Assembly (NCBI GenBank): GCA_033762115.1
Contig: JANRLX010000107.1
Location: 10,662 to 74,661 of the forward strand
Length of the DNA: 64,000 nucleotides
From: Verrucomicrobiota bacterium
Lineage (GTDB): Bacteria; Verrucomicrobiota; Verrucomicrobiia; Limisphaerales; SXQI01
Direction: 5' to 3'
Shown: piece by piece, positions 57,409-64,000 of the stretch
How positions within the stretch are numbered: position 1 is the first letter of the stretch
Layout: the number at the start of each line of letters is the position of its first letter
The notes under the pieces: generated by a model
Told to the model about the DNA's origin: nothing
Databases searched by the model: none
The model's input: the letters and a program-made list of their open reading frames with translations, nothing else
Program-made: the position numbers and the translations under genes

Positions 57409-58863
57409 ATGGAACCTAAAGCGGATCTCGCATTAATCGGCCTGGCGGTCATGGGACAGAACCTCATTCTGAACATGAACGACCACGGTTACACAGTCGT
57501 TGCCTACAACCGGACCGTTTCCAAAGTGGACGAGTTCCTCGCCAATGAAGCCAAAGGCACCAATGTCATCGGCGCTCATTCCATTCCTGAAATGGTTTCG
57601 CTCCTGAAAAGACCTCGAAGGATCATGCTGCTGGTCAAGGCTGGATCGGCTGTGGACGAGTTTATTGAACAATTGATCCCTCACCTGGAACCGGGAGACA
57701 TCATTATCGACGGGGGTAATTCGCTGTACCAGGATTCAGTTCGCCGAACCAAATATCTCGAATCAAAAGGGTTTCTTTTTATCGGCACCGGTGTTTCCGG
57801 TGGTGAAGAGGGCGCACGCCGCGGCCCTTCCATCATGCCGGGTGGATCGCCTGCCGCATGGCCGCATGTCAAAGAGATTTTCCAGGCAGTCGCCGCCAAG
57901 GTTGAAGATGGCAGCCCCTGCTGCGACTGGGTGGGAGAAAATGGCGCAGGCCATTACGTGAAAATGGTCCATAACGGCATCGAATATGGTGACATGCAGC
58001 TGATCTGCGAAGCTTATCATCTGATGTCTGCCGGGCTCGGCATGACTGCTGATGAAATGCACCAGGTCTTTGCCGAATGGAACAAAGGCGAACTGGACTC
58101 CTACCTGATCGAAATCACCCGCGACATCCTCGCGAAAAAGGATGAGGATGGTTCCCCCCTCGTTGATAAAATCCTCGATACCGCCGGGCAAAAGGGAACC
58201 GGTAAATGGACGGTCATCTCCTCCCAGGACCTGGGTATCCCCATCACCTTGATGGCGGAAGCGGTTTATTCCCGTTGCGTTTCAGCGCTCAAGGATGAAC
58301 GGGTCAAGGCTTCCAGGAAATTGAAAGGGCCGCGCCCCACCATTTCAGGAGATCGTGCGAAATGGGTTGAAGACATCCGCAAAGCGCTTTACGCCTCGAA
58401 AATTATCTCCTACGCGCAGGGCTACATGCTGATGCGGGCGGCGGCAAAGGAAAATAACTGGAACCTCAATTACGGTGGAATCGCGCTGATGTGGCGCGGC
58501 GGCTGCATCATTCGCAGCGCATTCCTTGGCAAGATCAAGGAAGCGTTTGATAACAATCCCAAGTTGATGAACCTGCTGGTGGACGATTTCTTCCGCAAGG
58601 CGATCAAGGATTGCCAGAAATCATGGCGCACCGTGGTGGCAACCGCGGCAAAGAAAGGAATTCCAACCCCGGCGTTCTCGACCGCGCTGAATTTTTACGA
58701 TGCCTATCGCAACGCACGTCTGCCGGCAAACCTGCTGCAGGCGCAACGCGATTATTTTGGCGCTCATACCTATGAACGGGTGGACAAGCCTCGCGGCGAA
58801 TTTTTCCATACCAACTGGACTGGCCGGGGCGGCACCACCTCCTCATCCACCTACAACGTTTAA
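57409..58863 (+). CDS. gnd: 6-phosphogluconate dehydrogenase, NADP-dependent, decarboxylating
   Basis: GLAVMGQN, GVSGGEEGA, KMVHNGIEYGDMQ, QKGTGKWT, QAQRDYFGAH. Confidence 0.98.
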   Translation: MEPKADLALIGLAVMGQNLILNMNDHGYTVVAYNRTVSKVDEFLANEAKGTNVIGAHSIPEMVSLLKRPRRIMLLVKAGSAVDEFIEQLIPHLEPGDIIIDGGNSLYQDSVRRTKYLESKGFLFIGTGVSGGEEGARRGPSIMPGGSPAAWPHVKEIFQAVAAKVEDGSPCCDWVGENGAGHYVKMVHNGIEYGDMQLICEAYHLMSAGLGMTADEMHQVFAEWNKGELDSYLIEITRDILAKKDEDGSPLVDKILDTAGQKGTGKWTVISSQDLGIPITLMAEAVYSRCVSALKDERVKASRKLKGPRPTISGDRAKWVEDIRKALYASKIISYAQGYMLMRAAAKENNWNLNYGGIALMWRGGCIIRSAFLGKIKEAFDNNPKLMNLLVDDFFRKAIKDCQKSWRTVVATAAKKGIPTPAFSTALNFYDAYRNARLPANLLQAQRDYFGAHTYERVDKPRGEFFHTNWTGRGGTTSSSTYNV

Positions 58864-58865
58864 AT

Positions 58866-59747
58866 GTGTCTGATCCAGCACAGGCCCTGAAGGAGTTCAG
58901 GCCTGCCAAAGAATTCTTTATCGGAATTGACTCGGACGGGTGTGTGTTTGATTCGATGGAAATCAAGCACAAGGAGTGTTTCACTCCGATGTTTATCAAG
59001 CATTTCCATCTGCAGGCGGTCAGCAGGTACGCCCGCGAGGTTTGGGATTTTGTGAATCTTTATTCCAAATCGCGCGGGACCAATCGCTTTCCCGCGCTCT
59101 CCCTTTCCTTGAACCTTCTGCGTGAGCGGCCCCAGGTCCTCGCCCGCAAGGTTGCCGTGCCTGACACTACCGCGCTGGATGAATGGACCGCCCGCGAAAC
59201 CAGGCTCGGGAATGCCACGCTGGCGGCCGAGGTGAAAAACGGAAATCACAAACTCCTGCCGGTCAAGGAGTGGTCTGACGCGGTCAATCGTGCGGTTGAG
59301 GAGATCGTTCATGGTGTTCCACCATTTCCGCTTTTCCGCGAAAGTTTGGAAAAAATCGGCCAGCGGGCTGATGCCATGGTGATCTCGCAAACTCCTGCCG
59401 AAGCGCTCGAACGGGAATGGTCAGAACATGGAATCATTTCAGGAGTGCGCCTGATTGCCGGACAGGAAATGGGGACGAAAACGGAACATCTGAAATTTGC
59501 CGCCGCAGGCAAGTACGCCCCGGAAAAAATCCTGATGATCGGGGATGCTCCAGGTGATTACAAGGCGGCCAAAGCCAGCAATGCTCTTTTTTATCCGATT
59601 GTTCCAGGAAACGAGGAGCGGTCCTGGCAACGATTTCACGGGGAAGCCCTGGGCCGTTTCTTTTCCGGGAGGTTTGCCGGAAGTTATGCCGAAGAATTGT
59701 TAAGGGAATTCGAGGACAGCCTTCCTGATCAACCGCATTGGCAATAG
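58866..59747 (+). CDS. HAD-superfamily hydrolase
   Basis: IDSDGCVFD, MIGDAPGD. Confidence 0.85.
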   Translation: MSDPAQALKEFRPAKEFFIGIDSDGCVFDSMEIKHKECFTPMFIKHFHLQAVSRYAREVWDFVNLYSKSRGTNRFPALSLSLNLLRERPQVLARKVAVPDTTALDEWTARETRLGNATLAAEVKNGNHKLLPVKEWSDAVNRAVEEIVHGVPPFPLFRESLEKIGQRADAMVISQTPAEALEREWSEHGIISGVRLIAGQEMGTKTEHLKFAAAGKYAPEKILMIGDAPGDYKAAKASNALFYPIVPGNEERSWQRFHGEALGRFFSGRFAGSYAEELLREFEDSLPDQPHWQ

Positions 59748-59759
59748 CTGGAAACCAGG

Positions 59760-61112
59760 TCAGCCGGGAACTTGTTCTCCCGCACCGCTTGATGCGACTG
59801 TTCGCTTTTTGAGGGTAAGCCGCGTCACAGTGGTTCCATCTGAAGCGTCCACCCGCAAATCGAACTCGCCAATTGAGATGATATCTCCCTCCCTCGGAAA
59901 GCCGGAGAGGCGTTCGGTGACATAACCACTGGTCGTGACCGCCTCGGTGTCATCAATCGATTCACCGAGCAGCGATTCAAGGTCATGCAGCGGGTAGGCG
60001 CCATCCAGTTCCCAGGTGTGCTCGTTGATTTTATTGACGAGCGGTTTTTCCTGGTCGAACTCATCCTGGATCTGCCCCACGAGTTCCTCGAGAATATTTT
60101 CCAGGGTGACCATTCCCATCGTGACGCCATATTCATCCACGACAATTGCCATGTGCAATTTGCGTTCAAGAAACAACGCGAGCAGCCGTTCCAAACGCGC
60201 AGTGGGGGGAACATAAATGAGTTTTCGCGCCGATTGCTCCAGTTCGGCAGCGGTCTTGATTTTCAAGCGCTGGGCGAACAGGTCCTTGAAATGAATCACG
60301 CCGATGGTTTCATCCAGGTTGCCGCCGCGAGCGAGGGGAAAGCGGGAATAACGGGTTTTTTCCGCGATATCGAGGCATTCCGAAATGGTGAGGGTGGTGT
60401 CAAAGGAAACAATTTCCTGGCGGGGTCGCATCACATCACGGGCGAGGCGACGGCTGAGTTCAAGCGCGTTCAGGACGACGTCACGCCCGAGTGAAGTGCC
60501 GCCGGAATGTTCCTGGGAGGCGGTGAAGAGCAGGCGTAATTCCTCCTCGGAATGGACCAGTTCAGATTCGCTGGCGGCATGGATTCCCACAAGGCGGAGG
60601 AGCCAGGCAGCGGTTTTATTGAGTGCCCAGTTGAAGGGATAGGAAAGCTTATAAAACCATTCGAGAGGCCGGGCGATCCAGAGAGTGACCGGCAACGGTT
60701 TCTGGATGGCCATCGATTTGGGAGCCAGTTCCCCAACCACAATGTGCAAAAAGGTGATCACCGAAAAACCGAAGGCAAAAGAGATGCCATGTTGAAGTTC
60801 CGGGGACTGGATATGCATTTTGTGCATCAACGGTTCCAGCAATGAAGCAAACACTGGTTCGCCGACCCAGCCCAAACCAAGACTGGCGAGGGTGATTCCA
60901 AGCTGGGTGGCGCTCAAGGCGGCGTCGAGGTTTTTGACGAGCCGTTGCGCTACTTTTGCGCGGCCATGCCCTTTGATGACCATCGGTTGCAGCTGCGTTT
61001 CCCTGATTTTGACGATGGCAAATTCGGCGGCGACAAAGAACCCGTTCAGCAGGACGAGGAAAAGGACCAGCGCCACCTTCAGGAAAATAAAAATAAGATC
61101 AGAGGTTTCCAT
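59760..61112 (-). CDS. CNNM/CorB-type CBS-domain transporter (hemolysin family)
   Basis: NGFFVAAEFA, QLGIT, GELAPK, YSRFP, VDEYG..G.VTLENILEELVG. Confidence 0.92.
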   Translation of the reverse strand: METSDLIFIFLKVALVLFLVLLNGFFVAAEFAIVKIRETQLQPMVIKGHGRAKVAQRLVKNLDAALSATQLGITLASLGLGWVGEPVFASLLEPLMHKMHIQSPELQHGISFAFGFSVITFLHIVVGELAPKSMAIQKPLPVTLWIARPLEWFYKLSYPFNWALNKTAAWLLRLVGIHAASESELVHSEEELRLLFTASQEHSGGTSLGRDVVLNALELSRRLARDVMRPRQEIVSFDTTLTISECLDIAEKTRYSRFPLARGGNLDETIGVIHFKDLFAQRLKIKTAAELEQSARKLIYVPPTARLERLLALFLERKLHMAIVVDEYGVTMGMVTLENILEELVGQIQDEFDQEKPLVNKINEHTWELDGAYPLHDLESLLGESIDDTEAVTTSGYVTERLSGFPREGDIISIGEFDLRVDASDGTTVTRLTLKKRTVASSGAGEQVPG

Positions 61113-62095
61113 CAGGGCTTAATCTCCCCGAAAATAAAACGGAGAATCTGGTCAATCGTGATAAATCCCACTTCCTGCCGATTTCCCCCGGTGACGATGG
61201 CGATCCGTTGTTTTCTGCGGCGCATTTTATCGAGCGCTTCCTCGACCCGAAGGTTTTCATTCAGATAAAGGGGAGAGAAAAGATAATCGGAGGCCTTGCC
61301 GGTGGTATGGGATTGCTCAGCGTAAAGCAGTTCATCCAGATCAATCAGACCGACCACGCGCCTGCCATTTTTCTGCTCCTCCCAAACGGGAAGGACTGTG
61401 GGAATCTCGAGTTTCGAAAGTTCGAGGAGTTGAGGCACGGTGGTAGTGGTCAGCAGAACGGGAATATTTCCAAAGGGGACGGTCAGATTTCGCAATTTCA
61501 ATTGTTGAAGATCCAGGACGCGATGAATCATCTGTTGCTCTTCACTGGTCAGGCCTGTGCCGGTCTGGTCCATGACCATGCGGAATTCGTGACGGGTTGA
61601 AAGGACTTGCCCGGTGTATGATTTGCCGCCGGTCCAGCGCAGCAGCAGGTTCGAAAACAGTTCAGTGACCTTGACGATGGGTGAAAGGAAGAGATGCAAT
61701 GCCTGGAATGGAACAGCGCCGAGGAGGGTCAGCCGGTTGGGAAACATCCGGAAGAGGGTTTTCGGCAACAGATCGCAAAGAGCATAATAGAGAAACACAG
61801 TTCCCAGGAGTGAAAGGGTGAAGAGGAGAATCCTGCCGCTGAAAATCCGGTAAAGTTCAGTGACCAGCAAGGTCATGAGCAGCACGGAAGAAAGGGTGTT
61901 GCCGACGAGGATCGTCCAGAGAAAGTTTTCAGGATTGGAGAGAAAATGATTCAGAACCCGGGCGCGTTTGCGTCCTTTCTTCACCTGTTCCCTGATACGC
62001 CACTGGCTCAGGCCAAAGACGCCTGATTCCATGCCGGCGCAAAGAAAGGAGAGCGCGATGCAGATCGGCGATAATAAAATGAGAAACGCCTGCAT
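61112..62095 (-). CDS. CNNM (DUF21)-CBS protein, divergent and lacking the CorC domain
   Basis: AGMESG, TILVGN, CDLLPK, degenerate CBS pair. Confidence 0.85.
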   Translation of the reverse strand: MQAFLILLSPICIALSFLCAGMESGVFGLSQWRIREQVKKGRKRARVLNHFLSNPENFLWTILVGNTLSSVLLMTLLVTELYRIFSGRILLFTLSLLGTVFLYYALCDLLPKTLFRMFPNRLTLLGAVPFQALHLFLSPIVKVTELFSNLLLRWTGGKSYTGQVLSTRHEFRMVMDQTGTGLTSEEQQMIHRVLDLQQLKLRNLTVPFGNIPVLLTTTTVPQLLELSKLEIPTVLPVWEEQKNGRRVVGLIDLDELLYAEQSHTTGKASDYLFSPLYLNENLRVEEALDKMRRRKQRIAIVTGGNRQEVGFITIDQILRFIFGEIKP

Positions 62096-63325
62096 TTACC
62101 TTACCTTTTCCACGATCAGTTCCTGCACACGCCGGGAATCAACCGCGGTTGCGGTCAGTTTCAGGGGACCATACATTGCGGATTGGCCCGCATCGGGAAC
62201 GACTTCGAGCAGGCGAACGAGCAACCCGCCGAAAGTATCGACCTCTTCGACCTCGGGCAGTTCAGGGAGTTCACGGCGGAAATCTTCAATTTTGTAATTT
62301 CCACTCAACCGCCATGAATTCTGGCTGCGACGTTCCAGCACGATATTTTGCCGATGACGGTCAGCGCTTAATTCCCCAATGACTTCAGCGAGGATGTCAT
62401 CCACGGTGACCAGTCCCGCAGTGCCACCGAATTCATCGAGCACAATCGCGAGACCGCGCTTTTGTTTTTGAAAACTTTTCAGGAGTTGAAGCAGATTCAT
62501 GCTGCCTGGGACAAACGAGGGGAATTCGATCATTTCGCCCAGGTCAGCATAAGGATCCTGGAGGAGTTTTCGGGTGTCGAGGAACCCCACGATGGTGTCC
62601 GGGCTTTCATCGTAAATGGGAAGGCGGCTGAATTTGAATTTGCGAGCCGCCTCGACCATTTCCTCAATTGTTGCGTCATCAGAGATACATGCCATTTGAC
62701 CGCGGGGTCGCATGACATTGGAAGCAGTGAGCCTGTCGAGAGTGACGATGCGAGCGATCAATTCTTTTTCCGTATGGGCGAGCGCTCCCTGCTGGTAGGC
62801 CATATCGAGCAATTCTTCATATTCCGTATCCGACAGGTAAGGCTGCGGCTTGATACTGGCGGGCACGACTAATCGGATGATTCCGTTGTTCAAGGTCTGG
62901 GCGACCTGACGGATCGGGCGGAGGAAGGCCATGATCCATTCCATCGGGGCGAGGACCTGGAATGCCCAAAATTCCGGGGCGCGCAAGGCGAGGGCCTTGG
63001 GCAGAATTTCACAGGCGAGCAAAATAAAAACGGTGGCAATGATCAGGGGGAGCAGGATCGGGGTGCCGGTTTTAAAGGTGGGCACGAGCACTGCCGCAAC
63101 GATGGAAGCGTTTGCGAGGGTGTTTCCGAAACTAATGGTGGCAAGCACATCTTCCTGCCGCGCAAGCAACTGGAAAAGACGCGCGCCACGATTTGCGGAG
63201 GAGGCGAGTTCCTGGGTCTTATATTTTCCCAGGGAAAAGAGAGACGATTCAGCCAGGGCGAAAAAGAAGCTTAGACAGCTGCCGATGATCACCACGACCG
63301 TTGCCAGTCTCCACGTGAACTCCAT
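62096..63325 (-). CDS. CNNM/CorB-type CBS-domain transporter
   Basis: ALAESSLFS, CEILPK, FSRLP, LDEFGGTAGLVT. Confidence 0.9.
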   Translation of the reverse strand: MEFTWRLATVVVIIGSCLSFFFALAESSLFSLGKYKTQELASSANRGARLFQLLARQEDVLATISFGNTLANASIVAAVLVPTFKTGTPILLPLIIATVFILLACEILPKALALRAPEFWAFQVLAPMEWIMAFLRPIRQVAQTLNNGIIRLVVPASIKPQPYLSDTEYEELLDMAYQQGALAHTEKELIARIVTLDRLTASNVMRPRGQMACISDDATIEEMVEAARKFKFSRLPIYDESPDTIVGFLDTRKLLQDPYADLGEMIEFPSFVPGSMNLLQLLKSFQKQKRGLAIVLDEFGGTAGLVTVDDILAEVIGELSADRHRQNIVLERRSQNSWRLSGNYKIEDFRRELPELPEVEEVDTFGGLLVRLLEVVPDAGQSAMYGPLKLTATAVDSRRVQELIVEKVR

Positions 63326-63375
63326 CGCCGGAATTCAAGCAAAGCGGCATGCAAAAAGCAAATACGGCCCCTGAT

Positions 63376-63404
63376 AAAAAAATGCGCAGGGAAAACCCTG
63401 CGCA
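63376..63404 (-). terminator. intrinsic terminator upstream of the CNNM triplet
   Basis: TGCGCAGGG-TTTT-CCCTGCGCA followed by T7 on the minus strand. Confidence 0.85.
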
Positions 63405-63423
63405 CTCGTGGGGAGAAACAAAC

Positions 63424-63480
63424 TTAAGCAACTTTGAAACTTTGACAGGAACTGATGAACTGCTGAGAAATTTTTGTCAT
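63424..63480 (-). CDS. candidate 18-aa leader peptide MTKISQQFISSCQSFKVA
   Basis: ATG..TAA read by hand; ends 19 nt before the terminator stem. Confidence 0.3.
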   Translation of the reverse strand: MTKISQQFISSCQSFKVA

Positions 63481-63605
63481 GACTGAATTTTTAAACGCTA
63501 CCCACCCCTGAGTATAAGCATCTCAAAAATGGAATTTTCTGTCAATGGGGGTGGAAGATCCTGAGTCTTTTCAGGATTGGTGCAGTTCGCGGCGGTTGTG
63601 AAAGG

Positions 63606-64000
63606 TTAGACTGCGATTTGGGATGGGGGAGCGGTAGGGGTAAATGGATTTTCGGCGGTGAATGGATGTTTCAAGTGGGCTGTTTGACTGTCAGATGGGG
63701 CAAGCTCCTCAATGAATGAGGGGGTGAGGGTGATTGGTTCTGACGCTGGCAAAGCGGGTGAGGGAATGGAGAGCGGTTGAGATTCCGTGTTCTGAGAGTG
63801 GCCTGGGGTGTTCGCTTTTGCTTCTGGAGCAGTGGAATTGGGTGAGGAATTGGATGAGAAAAGGGGTTGTGACTGGTTCTTTTGCTGGAATTTGAGTTGG
63901 GCCAAAGCGAATTTTTTTGCGGCAAGTTCCTGTTTTTCCCTGGCGAGGGCGAGTTTCCGTTCGGCATGGTCCTGTTTTCGTTCGGCCAGTTCGATGCGCA
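63606..64000 (-). CDS. hypothetical protein, 3' part (coiled coil plus Pro/Ser-rich tail)
   Basis: Frame is open to the window edge: RIELAERKQDHAERKLALAREKQELAAKK... Confidence 0.55.
   Translation of the reverse strand, partial: RIELAERKQDHAERKLALAREKQELAAKKFALAQLKFQQKNQSQPLFSSNSSPNSTAPEAKANTPGHSQNTESQPLSIPSPALPASEPITLTPSFIEELAPSDSQTAHLKHPFTAENPFTPTAPPSQIAV

Noticed and set aside
63511..63545. TTGACA...TATACT as a sigma70 promoter for the uORF
   Set aside because: The spacer is 23 nt, too long for a canonical pair.
1..64000. CRISPR arrays, tRNA/rRNA, IS elements, prophage, retron or DGR
   Set aside because: No repeat-spacer array, structural RNA signature, transposase, integrase or reverse transcriptase was seen by eye; short or divergent elements could have been missed.

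Overview
Chromosomal window from a bacterium that is most likely a member of the Verrucomicrobiota (Pedosphaera-like). This is inferred from a PVC-type CxxCH heme protein, a PEP-CTERM protein and an ECF sigma factor with a long C-terminal extension. About 55 CDS are present. Housekeeping genes include leuS, gnd, aceE, ppa, an orphan nuoA, a phosphohexomutase, mlaEFD, bamD/lptE, a lipoate ligase and three CNNM/CorB paralogues. There are also two ABC importers, two-component and HDOD signalling genes, a LigD ligase domain, a small glycosylation cluster and an HTH-PIN toxin-antitoxin-like pair. No rRNA, tRNA, CRISPR array or transposase was seen. The best candidate for an undescribed system is the divergent locus at 1170-7181. 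It holds an ECF sigma factor with two tandem zinc anti-sigma proteins, a CPYC redoxin and a YHS-DoxX-DinB-(DedA/ATP-grasp fusion)-NRDE operon. All three transcription units carry the same TAAG-N16-CGAC motif upstream, which suggests a self-contained thiol/redox regulon with its own peptide ligase and Ntn hydrolase. Other signals read directly from the DNA: a sigma54-type promoter plus terminator framing a ~90-nt candidate sRNA; six helically phased TGGGA boxes; a 15-bp direct repeat flanking the TA module, with a 9-bp-period operator array; a uORF plus terminator ahead of the CNNM triplet; several apparently leaderless genes; and two apparently de-catalysed paralogues (CobW-like, HAD). All function calls come from motif recognition without database searches.
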